Shown here: one piece after another, positions 1 through 8,171 of the stretch
Position numbering within the stretch: the first letter of the stretch is position 1
Layout of the letters: each line of letters begins with the position of its first letter
Assembly (NCBI GenBank): GCA_018662715.1
Contig: JABJFP010000114.1
Span: 1-32,933 of the forward strand
Length of the DNA: 32,933 bases
Direction of reading: 5' to 3'
From: Methanobacteriota archaeon
GTDB lineage: Archaea; Thermoplasmatota; Poseidoniia; Poseidoniales; Poseidoniaceae
Notes under the pieces: model-generated
Told to the model about the DNA's origin: nothing
What the model saw: the letters and a program-made list of their open reading frames with translations, nothing else
Databases searched by the model: none
Translations under genes and position numbers: made by a program

Positions 1-138
1 GGAGGTTCTCTCCCACGGGTCTGGATAGATGTCATACGGAGCTTCCAAGCCACCATCATCTATTTTTTGATCTCCAAAACAACCTGCGAGCATGCTCGTT
101 GTAAAGAGCAACATCACGAGCCATGGCTTAACGTCCAT
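1..138 (-). CDS. Secreted lipoprotein-like protein, N-terminal fragment; the gene runs off the left edge of the window
   Basis: The minus strand has no stop codon from 198 down to base 1. The ORF track omits this frame because it is open-ended. Hand translation: MSPKTQASDWFKKVRLTGGN-MDVKPWLVMLLFTTSMLAGCFGDQKIDDGGLEAPYDIYPDPWERTS... The ATG at 138 gives a clean signal peptide: short charged n-region, hydrophobic core, lipobox-like LAGC. The alternative ATG at 198 would overlap the thioredoxin stop by 11 nt. Function unknown. Confidence 0.4.
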   Translation of the reverse strand, partial: MDVKPWLVMLLFTTSMLAGCFGDQKIDDGGLEAPYDIYPDPWERTS

Positions 139-187
139 GTTACCACCGGTGAGGCGAACTTTCTTGAACCAATCGGATGCTTGGGTC

Positions 188-574
188 TTAGGACTCATTG
201 CCTTCTTTTTCAGCCATTTCGGCTCGTACTTCGTCCATGTCAATTTCCTTGATTTTGAGGACAAGGTCTCTAAGGGCGTCTTCGGGGAGGGCTCCGGGCT
301 GCATGAAAACACCAATTCCTTCCTTGAATACAATCGTGGTTGGGATTGACCGAATTCCAAACATTCCAGCAAGTTGTTGCTGGTCTTCTGTGTCAATTTT
401 TCCAAAAACTACGTCGGGAAAATCCTCGGAAACACGCTCGTATACGGGACCATATGCCTTACATGGGCCACACCATTCGGCCCAAAAGTCCAAAATAACG
501 ATATCGTTGTTTTCAATGGTTTCAGCAAATATAGGTTCGGTAAGGTCTTGGGTGGCCATAGCAACTGGTAGCAT
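188..574 (-). CDS. trxA: Thioredoxin
   Basis: Canonical active site WCGPC within DFWAEWCGPCKAYGPV. The downstream thioredoxin-fold motifs are present (GIRSIPTTIVFKEG). An acidic C-terminal extension of about 20 aa follows. Alternative ATG at 559 (MATQD...). Confidence 0.9.
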   Translation of the reverse strand: MLPVAMATQDLTEPIFAETIENNDIVILDFWAEWCGPCKAYGPVYERVSEDFPDVVFGKIDTEDQQQLAGMFGIRSIPTTIVFKEGIGVFMQPGALPEDALRDLVLKIKEIDMDEVRAEMAEKEGNES

Positions 575-653
575 TGGGGCCTTTTGAACTCATGTCCTAC
601 AATCAAAGACAACAAGGGATTGCTTGATGTGCTGAATCGTTCTCCGACCATAC

Positions 654-3230
654 ATGCGAAACGGCACAACACTCGCCATCCTTCTATCCGCCTTGTTCCT
701 AATGTCCACCCTTGGGACTGCAATCACAATGGAAGAGGACACTGAAATCATGCCCGCCGCAGGGCGAGACTCAAGTGATATCCGAATCAGTGAAATCCTC
801 GTTTCTGCCTCCTCTGAAGATTACAACGGAACCGATTGGAACAACGATGGATACACAGGTTCATCCTCTGACCAGTTTATCGAACTCTGGAACAGTGGTT
901 CAGAGCCGATTGATGTCTCAAACTGGCTCCTTGACGATTCACCAGAAGAAGGTTCAGCCCCATGCCGCCTTGCTTGGAACACAACCATTGAGGCTGATGG
1001 CTACATTGTGATTTTCAGAGACAGTTCCCGAATTGAGTTGGATTATTTCGACCCTGACTCAGCCAGCATATCTGATGCTAACGGGAACCTCATCGACTCG
1101 CTCTCATACCCTGCTGAAGACTCATGGTGGGACACATCCTACGTCAAGGACCTTTCAGGAACCGTCACCAAGGTGTCACCTCCGACTCCAGGATGGGAAG
1201 GCTCGGCAACCTACATCGTCGCACAAAACATGGTCCGATGCTACGGACTTAGTGATAATTCACATGACGGTGCATACATTCTGAAAGGAAGAGTCGTCCC
1301 CATGACCGGTGAAGCGCACGTCATCAATGAAGGCCATATTCTGGTTCAAGATGGAATGATAGAGGCTGTTTGGGGAGACAACATTCCCTCAAACATTCAA
1401 CTCTCCAACGTTCCTGTGATTGAAACTGACGGAACCATCTATCCTGGTTTGATCGACCTTCACAATCACCTTCACTACAACCAAGCACCATTATGGAACA
1501 TGGATACGCATCTTTCTCAGAACAGCCAAAACGAATGGGGCGGCTACAATAACCGCTATGAATGGAAAAATCATCCAGATTACAGCGAACAAGTAACCAA
1601 GCCGAAAATGTTGGTTCATTCCGGACCTTATTGGAACATGGAATCAGAAGCGATGAAGTACATCGAAATGAAGTCAATCGTTGGGGGTACAACCGCTGCA
1701 CAGGGAAGCCCCATGAACCCGAATGACAGCTATGGAACCATCCTTTCACGAAACATTGAAGACTACAATTTCGGAAGAGATGAAATCCATACCAAGGTCA
1801 CTGAACTTACCTCCGATTACGTCGGGAACCACATAAAGACAGGAAATGCTAGTGGAGAACTGGATGCTTGGTTCGTCCACATAGCGGAAGGCGTTGACGA
1901 ACGCAGTCGAGCCGAATTCGACATCCTTGTACAAAACAATTTGTTGGTTGGAGAGCTTGTTCTCATTCACGGTGTAGCGCTTGGAGAAAATGAGTTCACT
2001 CAGATGGCAGCAGCAGGCTCAACCTTAGTTTGGTCTCCTTTGTCCAATCTTCTGTTGTATGGAAATACTGCTGATGTCGCTGCAGCAAAGGCTGCTGGAG
2101 TTCACATCACACTCGCACCAGACTGGGCACCATCTGGCTCAAAATCACCTCTGCATGAACTCAAAGTCGCTGATTTGTGGGATGATGAAATGCTCGGAGA
2201 TATCTTCACTGATTATGAAATGGTTGAGATGGTCACATCCGGTGCAGCACTTGCCACAAACTGGCAGAATGAAGTCGGCACCATCACAGCCGGAACTGCT
2301 GCTGACCTCGTGGTTGTAGACAACATTCACACCAACCCATATCGCAATCTCATCAACGCAGTTGACCCTGACATTCGACTATCAATCGTCGGCGGCCTCG
2401 CCATATACGGCGATACTGACCTCATGACCTCGCTCAAAGGAACCGACCACGAACCTGCTGGAGCCTTTGGAAAATCCTTGGACATCACATACCTTGCTGC
2501 ACCAGAGGGTGCTCAAACATGGGCGAGCATCACTGAGAATCTCACCATGGCTATGCGATTTGACCCTGACGAAATGTCCGCAGCCTTTGGCGATGCATCT
2601 GACTTTAGCAGCGTTACTTCCGGCATGACAAATGTTGGACTAGACCCTTGGTATACCTACGGTGATGAGCGCTATTTCAACGTCATAAACGGCTCTGGAA
2701 ACGCTAACGCCCAAATCAGCATGTCCCTCTTGTATGATCGCTATTATGACCGTGCAGAGAACTTGCCTGTCGTAACAGACTTCGAAGTTATTGAGGGACC
2801 AACCGTTGTGCCTTGTGATGACGGAACAAATCCACCATGCGATACCGGAGGAACCGATAACGGAGGAACTGACAATGGAGGTACCGATAACGGAGGAACT
2901 GACAATGGAGGTACCGATAACGGAGGAACTGACAATGGTGGAACCGATAACGGAGGAACTGATAATGACGGAACCGATATCCCAAATAATCCACTTGATG
3001 ACCAACAATCAAGCGAGGACGAAGCCAAGGACAAAGCCTTGTTGTTGTTCCTAGGCCTGGTTGCTGTCATGCTGGTTGCTTTGTTCTTCGTATCACGAGG
3101 AGGAGAGGACGCCCTAGCAGCAGAGGTTCGCATTGAGAAGATGTGGGAGGAAGGAAATGCAGAGGTCTTGGAAGACGTTGCTTTTGTCCCGTCCATGCCT
3201 CCGATGGAGCCTCCAAAAGAAGAAGAATGA
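654..3230 (+). CDS. Membrane-anchored extracellular amidohydrolase-superfamily enzyme with an N-terminal lamin-tail domain (LTD)
   Basis: Signal peptide MRNGTTLAILLSALFLMSTLGTA. LTD signature at about nt 780-1150 (ISEIL...DQFIELWNSGSEPIDVSNWLLDD...ANGNLIDSLSY). TIM-barrel metal-hydrolase motifs appear in order: GLIDLHNHLH (HxH, nt 1461-1469), VHIAEG, LIHGVAL, LAPDWAPSG. A (GGTDN)n stalk follows, then a TM helix ALLLFLGLVAVMLVALFFV (nt 3036-3092) and a 45-aa acidic/proline-rich tail. Substrate unknown. Confidence 0.8.
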   Translation: MRNGTTLAILLSALFLMSTLGTAITMEEDTEIMPAAGRDSSDIRISEILVSASSEDYNGTDWNNDGYTGSSSDQFIELWNSGSEPIDVSNWLLDDSPEEGSAPCRLAWNTTIEADGYIVIFRDSSRIELDYFDPDSASISDANGNLIDSLSYPAEDSWWDTSYVKDLSGTVTKVSPPTPGWEGSATYIVAQNMVRCYGLSDNSHDGAYILKGRVVPMTGEAHVINEGHILVQDGMIEAVWGDNIPSNIQLSNVPVIETDGTIYPGLIDLHNHLHYNQAPLWNMDTHLSQNSQNEWGGYNNRYEWKNHPDYSEQVTKPKMLVHSGPYWNMESEAMKYIEMKSIVGGTTAAQGSPMNPNDSYGTILSRNIEDYNFGRDEIHTKVTELTSDYVGNHIKTGNASGELDAWFVHIAEGVDERSRAEFDILVQNNLLVGELVLIHGVALGENEFTQMAAAGSTLVWSPLSNLLLYGNTADVAAAKAAGVHITLAPDWAPSGSKSPLHELKVADLWDDEMLGDIFTDYEMVEMVTSGAALATNWQNEVGTITAGTAADLVVVDNIHTNPYRNLINAVDPDIRLSIVGGLAIYGDTDLMTSLKGTDHEPAGAFGKSLDITYLAAPEGAQTWASITENLTMAMRFDPDEMSAAFGDASDFSSVTSGMTNVGLDPWYTYGDERYFNVINGSGNANAQISMSLLYDRYYDRAENLPVVTDFEVIEGPTVVPCDDGTNPPCDTGGTDNGGTDNGGTDNGGTDNGGTDNGGTDNGGTDNGGTDNDGTDIPNNPLDDQQSSEDEAKDKALLLFLGLVAVMLVALFFVSRGGEDALAAEVRIEKMWEEGNAEVLEDVAFVPSMPPMEPPKEEE
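2841..2977 (+). repeat. In-frame tandem repeat encoding (GGTDN)n; nucleotide period 30 (two pentapeptides per unit)
   Basis: Four nearly identical 30-nt units, g[at]accgataacggaggaactga[ct]aatg..., lie between 2851 and 2970, flanked by degenerate copies. They translate to DTGGTDNGGTDN...GGTDNDGTD immediately outside the TM anchor. Confidence 0.9.
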
Positions 3231-4727
3231 TCAGGCGAGGTCCCAAGTTGGGCCTTCTGAACTATCTACTACGATAACGCCAAGTTCATTGAGTTCGTCT
3301 CGAATAGCATCTGCACGTGGCCAGTCTTTGTTGGCTCTTGCTTCACCTCGTTGTAAGAGCAATGCTTCCACTTCGTCAGCAATCTCTGCTCGTCGTGGAT
3401 CATCTTCGGGTTCTGCAAGCGCCATCTCACGGCTCGGTAGAACACCAAGCACTTTTCCTGCAGTCTCTTCAAGAAGTTGAACTGCATAGTTACCAAACGC
3501 ATTCTTATCGGCGTCATCAAGTCCAGATTGAAGCATTTTCCCAATTTCGCGAGCCATGCCGAGAACTTTGGCAACGGCCTCTCTTGAATTGAAATCATCA
3601 TCCATAGCTCGGGCGAAACCTTCAGCCATCTTTTCGAGTAAGCCAAGCGCTTTGACGAGGGGTTGCTCAGAGGTCAAATCAGGCTTTGGAAGGCTTACAG
3701 GTGAATCATCTGTGCATGCCTTCAAAGCAGAAACATAAGATTCTAAAACCCGATTATAGTTGCGGTCTGCGTCTTTCAGAAGCGTCTCATTCATGTCAAT
3801 TGGTGAACGATAATGAGCATTGATGAGGGCGAACCGTAGAACCATTGCGTCAACATGCTGAAGAATGTCACGGATGGCCCAAAAATTCCCGAGGGATTTA
3901 CTCATCTTTTCTCCATCAATGTTCACAAACCCGTTGTGTAGCCAATGATGAACAACTGGCGAATGACCTGTATGGCACTCTCCTTGGAAAATTTCTGCTT
4001 CATGGTGTGGGAAGCGTAGGTCGTGGCCTCCTCCGTGAATATCGAATTCTTTGTCAAAGTGATCTAGAGACATAGCTGTACACTCAATGTGCCATCCCGG
4101 TCGACCCGGGCCCCAGGGAGATTCCCATGTGGGTTCGTTTGGTTTTGCTGCTTTCCATAAAGCGAAATCCTTGTGGTCTCGCTTGGTAGAAGCAGTTCCA
4201 TCAACTCGACCACCTGCTCCTGAACGAACCGCATCAATGGACTGACCGGTGAGTATTCCATACTTATCTGGGGCTGAATCGACATGAAAGTAAACGCCGT
4301 CATCCGTCACATAGGCATGTTTCTTGTTGATGAGGTCCTCGGTGATTGAAATCATTTGGTCCACATAATCTGTACATCGGGGGTAGGTATCTGCTCTGAG
4401 AATATTGAGTGCATCCATGTCTTCGTAGTAAGCCTCAATATTTTGGTCAACCAATGCCTTCCAGTCCCCGTCCAATTCATTGGCTCTCGCAATGATTTTA
4501 TCATCAATATCTGTGAAATTCTGCACATAATTAACGTCAAATCCACTTGCTTCAAGCCATCGGTGAATCAAATCAAACGCAAGGTAACATCTTGCATGGC
4601 CAAGGTGACAACGGTCGTAAACTGTCACCCCACAAACATACATCGATACTTTGCCCGGTTCGAGGGTCGTAAAGTCCACTTTTTCTCGTCGCTTCGTGTC
4701 GTGAACGCGAATGGGCATGGGTCTCAT
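3231..4727 (-). CDS. cysS: Cysteine--tRNA ligase (class I aaRS)
   Basis: HIGH-type motif HLGHARCY, KMSKS motif (GEKMSKSLGNF), and WHIEC. Length of about 495 aa fits. The start could be the second or third Met (MPIRVHD...). Confidence 0.95.
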   Translation of the reverse strand: MRPMPIRVHDTKRREKVDFTTLEPGKVSMYVCGVTVYDRCHLGHARCYLAFDLIHRWLEASGFDVNYVQNFTDIDDKIIARANELDGDWKALVDQNIEAYYEDMDALNILRADTYPRCTDYVDQMISITEDLINKKHAYVTDDGVYFHVDSAPDKYGILTGQSIDAVRSGAGGRVDGTASTKRDHKDFALWKAAKPNEPTWESPWGPGRPGWHIECTAMSLDHFDKEFDIHGGGHDLRFPHHEAEIFQGECHTGHSPVVHHWLHNGFVNIDGEKMSKSLGNFWAIRDILQHVDAMVLRFALINAHYRSPIDMNETLLKDADRNYNRVLESYVSALKACTDDSPVSLPKPDLTSEQPLVKALGLLEKMAEGFARAMDDDFNSREAVAKVLGMAREIGKMLQSGLDDADKNAFGNYAVQLLEETAGKVLGVLPSREMALAEPEDDPRRAEIADEVEALLLQRGEARANKDWPRADAIRDELNELGVIVVDSSEGPTWDLA

Positions 4728-4786
4728 GTCGCGGTGTATGCAGACACACTTGAAGGTTCATACGAGACCCGTGGCTGGGCGGGTGT

Positions 4787-5806
4787 ATGGAGGAGTCTTC
4801 TTCACAGCGTATTTTCGTGACTGGAGTGAACGGCCACATTGGGAATCATATTGTTCGGGACCTGCTTGAACATGGTTACTGCGTGAAAGGTTCGGTTCGT
4901 TCACTCACTGACCCATCAAAAGTTGACCATGTATTGCAGCATGCCAAGGACTTGGGGGTAGAAGACCGATTGGAACTTGTCGAAGGAGATGTTTTGGATG
5001 CTGATGGTTGGACAGAACACCTGACTGGCTGTGATGGACTGTTTCATACAGCAACCATTTACAGCACTCAAGGCGATACACAAGCCATCCTTGACACCGC
5101 AAACAAAGGCACTATGCATCTGTTTCATGCTGCTGCAAACGCCCAAATTCCGAGAGTCATCTACACCTCAAGCACAGCAGCAGTTGGAACCAAACCCAAA
5201 GGTCAACTGAAAGATGAATCAAACTGGCAGACCGACACAAATCTACCTTATACAACTGCAAAAACCCAAGCAGAGCACTTGGCGTGGGAACTCGCGGCAC
5301 AACTCGAGTTGGATGTCCGTATCATCAACCCAACCGCAGTACTTGGAGGCGGTTTCGTTCGCCCCACTCCGAGCGTTGATTTTTTCCAAGATGCGCTGAA
5401 AGGAGCATTTCCAGTAGCACCAAAGTTTCCAATGGCGGTCGTCCACGTTCGTGATGTAGCACGTGCGCACAGACGTGCGTTTGAGGTTGATAACGCCGAG
5501 GGAAGGTTCATTCTGGCCCCGCACACTAATCTTACCCTGTCAACCATTTGCCGAAAGATACGGGAATTGTATCCTGAATCAAAATCACCCAAACTTGCTT
5601 TGCCCAACATACTGCTACCCTTAGCAGTGTTCCAGGATTGGCTGGGGGGATTGTTCGGCAAACAACGCTATTTAACCCGTTCAGTGGCCAAATCCTTAGG
5701 AAAGGGAGATACGAATTATTCAAGTGAGAAGGCTGAACGAGTCCTTGGCATGACATGGGAGGGTTTTGACACGTGCATCAGAGATACGGTCGACGCTTAC
5801 CGTTGA
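4787..5806 (+). CDS. NAD(P)-dependent extended short-chain dehydrogenase/reductase (epimerase/dehydratase fold; aldehyde- or dihydroflavonol-reductase-like)
   Basis: Rossmann motif VTGVNGHIGNHIV near the N-terminus. Catalytic YxxxK is present (YTTAKTQAE). Length is 339 aa. Substrate cannot be assigned. Confidence 0.85.
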   Translation: MEESSSQRIFVTGVNGHIGNHIVRDLLEHGYCVKGSVRSLTDPSKVDHVLQHAKDLGVEDRLELVEGDVLDADGWTEHLTGCDGLFHTATIYSTQGDTQAILDTANKGTMHLFHAAANAQIPRVIYTSSTAAVGTKPKGQLKDESNWQTDTNLPYTTAKTQAEHLAWELAAQLELDVRIINPTAVLGGGFVRPTPSVDFFQDALKGAFPVAPKFPMAVVHVRDVARAHRRAFEVDNAEGRFILAPHTNLTLSTICRKIRELYPESKSPKLALPNILLPLAVFQDWLGGLFGKQRYLTRSVAKSLGKGDTNYSSEKAERVLGMTWEGFDTCIRDTVDAYR

Positions 5807-5835
5807 CCCGCAGGCAAGGAAACTTCCTTGCGGTC

Positions 5836-6510
5836 ATGAGTTGGTTTGTTCCCACAATGACTGTGATTACAGCGATGACCATTCATTTTGCAAGCGGAGC
5901 CCGAGCCTTTCCAATCTTCATATCTGAAGCGGATTATCCAGGGCTCCAACGAACTGTTTTCACGTATGGGCTTGTTCTCACCGGCTTCTTGCAGATGATG
6001 TTTGCTTGGCATCTGTACCACGGATTAACTCCAAAGAACCACCGCCTGTGGAATGCATCTTGTCTTGCGGGCATCATCGTTGGGTTCCATGTCATCTTGG
6101 TGGCGTATTATGACATGTACGACCACATTGACCCGCACATCTATGCCTCAATGGTAGCCTTTGGAGGTGGCATTGTTTGGGCGACATTGGGCCACTTCGC
6201 ACTGGATCCATCAACAAGTCCAGGTTCAAAAATGAGGAAAACCGGTATTACAGCCTCCCTCTTGTCACTCGTAGTCATGATTGTGTCGTTCCAGTACGCC
6301 GTGAGCACCTTTGACACCGAGGGATTAAACACTGAAGAATTCCTTAACAAGGCTCAATTTGGAATTAATTTTGCTGGGCCAGCAGAATACTTGGTCGTGG
6401 GTGGACTCATGATGGCGCTAGCGTCCTTCGGAATCGATTTGAACCAAGCACAAGAACAACAGCCAGCCAGTGAAACCAATACCCAAGAAATCAAACAAAA
6501 TGATATCTGA
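5836..6510 (+). CDS. Six-TM membrane protein of unknown function (motif-level resemblance to the Frag1/DRAM/Sfk1 family)
   Basis: The ATG at 5836 (MSWFVPTM...) avoids overlap with the SDR gene; the track ORF start at 5773 lies inside that gene. Six hydrophobic segments are present. FPIFISEADYPGLQRTVF after TM1 and PHIYASMVAFGGG at TM4 resemble the P-x-ISD...P...F and H..GA..AF signatures of Frag1/DRAM-type proteins. Confidence 0.6.
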   Translation: MSWFVPTMTVITAMTIHFASGARAFPIFISEADYPGLQRTVFTYGLVLTGFLQMMFAWHLYHGLTPKNHRLWNASCLAGIIVGFHVILVAYYDMYDHIDPHIYASMVAFGGGIVWATLGHFALDPSTSPGSKMRKTGITASLLSLVVMIVSFQYAVSTFDTEGLNTEEFLNKAQFGINFAGPAEYLVVGGLMMALASFGIDLNQAQEQQPASETNTQEIKQNDI

Positions 6511-7129
6511 GCAACATCAACGTGCTCAAAATCAACAAAAGAACTCCTAAAGCCAAAATTACAATCCGTGCAAATTTGGGATTTGATATTCGTTGCTGAA
6601 CACGATCACCGACATTCGTCCAAACTCCCATTGATAGAAATCCGAAGGAAGTATTGACGGTCGCTATGAAGAATGTACCCGGAACTCCGCCAGGAATTCC
6701 TCCCGGTTCGGATTCAAAGGATGTTAGCATCACCGTGAGCAATGAAAAAATAACCATCCATTGCTTTGTATTGACAATTTGCATGGCTATGCCCGTCTTC
6801 AATCCCAATTTGGGAATTGAAGTTGCAACATTAACTGTACGCTTTGAAGTTCCGATAAAGATGAGCCCAAGTCCGAAAAGTATCATCAATAAGGAGCCAA
6901 GGTAATGGAGAATTTTTCCTAAAAAACTGTCTGCATCAAACGCATTTACTGCTAGCCCACAGATAACGTTCACACCAAAAAAACCAATTCCAAGTCCGAT
7001 AATCAACGGAATATTTGAGCGACGCCCGTGAATTGATGCATGGGCAGCACAGGTAGAATTGTTCGGCCCCGGGACGGCCATCCCGAGAGCGAGAAGAGTG
7101 AGCAACGCTGCAAGAGTAGCCCATTCCAT
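6491..7129 (-). CDS. LysE/RhtB-family amino-acid exporter
   Basis: The ATG at 7129 (MEWATLAALLTLLALGMAVPGPNN...) carries the LysE-type PGPN motif in TM1. The protein is about 212 aa with about 6 TM segments. The longer track ORF (to 7297) would overlap the mutY 3' end and adds non-membrane sequence. The 3' end overlaps the convergent gene by 20 nt. Confidence 0.75.
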   Translation of the reverse strand: MEWATLAALLTLLALGMAVPGPNNSTCAAHASIHGRRSNIPLIIGLGIGFFGVNVICGLAVNAFDADSFLGKILHYLGSLLMILFGLGLIFIGTSKRTVNVATSIPKLGLKTGIAMQIVNTKQWMVIFSLLTVMLTSFESEPGGIPGGVPGTFFIATVNTSFGFLSMGVWTNVGDRVQQRISNPKFARIVILALGVLLLILSTLMLLRYHFV

Positions 7130-7154
7130 GACCCGAACAACGAGAGAGGTGATA

Positions 7155-8171
7155 TCAACTCTTCGTATCAGGAGTGTATCCTTTACCTGATTCCCTAACG
7201 AGTCCGAGGATTTTCTGATCCAATACAGACAGAGCGAGGTTTGATGGATTGCGTCCTGTTTTCTGACTCTGTTCAGTTGATACAAATACGTGGACATTCA
7301 TTGCTCTATGGCTCAATTTGTGGGAAACTATACCAACAAAATCGTCGTCTCCGTTTTTGCCAGGTTTTTGTCCTTCAATGAGTTGCGGCCCCCACAATCC
7401 CCCAAATAGACCGTCCTGTTTTCGCTGATGTATGACAGGATTACCATCAGCGTCAAATTCAACGCATGTCCAAAGTGTGATTTCTTTGACTTTGGTCTTC
7501 TTTGGCTTTGGATAGTTCGTAGCCGTTTCTCTTCCAAGACATGAGGAGTTGACTGGGCAGAGATGACATTGAGGTTTTTTGGGCGTACATATCGTTGCCC
7601 CGAGTTCCATTAAGGCCTGATTCCAGTCACCGGGACGTTGCCGAACGAGTTGTTCGTCAGCCCATGATTGAACCTCTTTATTCGAGGGTTCGGTCATCTG
7701 ATGTTGCCTTGCCATCACGCGCCTAATGTTGCCGTCAACACAGGCAAATGGTTGACCAAAGGCGATGCTCGAGACCGCTGCGGCCGTGTAAGGGCCGATT
7801 CCGGGGAGTGACAAAAGAGCATCACGAGATGATGGAAGTGAGCCGTCAAAGCCTTCTTTTGACGACGGCAGCATGACGAGTTGACTCAAGGCGTGAAGAC
7901 GACGCGCTCTGCTGTAATATCCGGCACCCTCCCACGCTTTGAGCACCTTGTCAACAGAGGATTCAGCCATGGATTGAATCGTTGGAAATGTATCCATCAT
8001 TCGTTTCCAATAGATCAGTCCCCGGCTCACTTGGGTCTGTTGTAACAAAATCTCACTCAGCAAAATAGCCCAAGGGTCGTCGGTTTTACGCCAAGGTAAG
8101 TCCCGTTGATGCTCGTCGTACCACTCAAGCAATTTTTCTTGTGAAAGGCCACTCAAGGCAACCACACTCAC
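7155..8171 (-). CDS. mutY: A/G-specific adenine DNA glycosylase (MutY)
   Basis: HhH-GPD signature (LPWRKTDDPWAILLSEILLQQTQV; PGIGPYTAAAV). A 4Fe-4S cluster loop is present: C-x6-C-x2-C-x5-C (CTPKKPQCHLCPVNSSC). The C-terminus has a Nudix-like domain. The GTG start overlaps the upstream gene's TGA stop (GTGA). Confidence 0.9.
   Translation of the reverse strand: MSVVALSGLSQEKLLEWYDEHQRDLPWRKTDDPWAILLSEILLQQTQVSRGLIYWKRMMDTFPTIQSMAESSVDKVLKAWEGAGYYSRARRLHALSQLVMLPSSKEGFDGSLPSSRDALLSLPGIGPYTAAAVSSIAFGQPFACVDGNIRRVMARQHQMTEPSNKEVQSWADEQLVRQRPGDWNQALMELGATICTPKKPQCHLCPVNSSCLGRETATNYPKPKKTKVKEITLWTCVEFDADGNPVIHQRKQDGLFGGLWGPQLIEGQKPGKNGDDDFVGIVSHKLSHRAMNVHVFVSTEQSQKTGRNPSNLALSVLDQKILGLVRESGKGYTPDTKS

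Noticed and set aside
198-723. ORFs 198-587 (+), 374-571 (+) and 409-723 (-) around the thioredoxin gene.
   Set aside because: These are shadow frames of trxA and of the amidohydrolase 5' end. They have no motifs, and the WCGPC-containing frame explains the region.
2841-2977. Regular 30-nt periodicity that could be mistaken for a CRISPR-like array.
   Set aside because: The units are directly abutting with no spacers. They are in frame within a coding sequence and encode a simple peptide repeat. No cas genes or leader are present.
2640-3196. Long ORFs in other frames over the GGTDN repeat: minus strand 2640-3008, 2744-3196 and 2788-3012, and plus strand 2791-3054. They have repetitive products such as SVPPLSVPPL....
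   Set aside because: They are created by the periodic repeat, which is open in several frames. They lie wholly inside the well-supported amidohydrolase gene and have no start context or recognisable domains.
7130-7297. N-terminal extension of the LysE-family ORF, and likewise 5773-5835 for the 6-TM protein.
   Set aside because: The extensions overlap the 3' ends of mutY and the SDR gene respectively and add hydrophilic sequence ahead of a clear TM1. Internal ATGs give non-overlapping genes.
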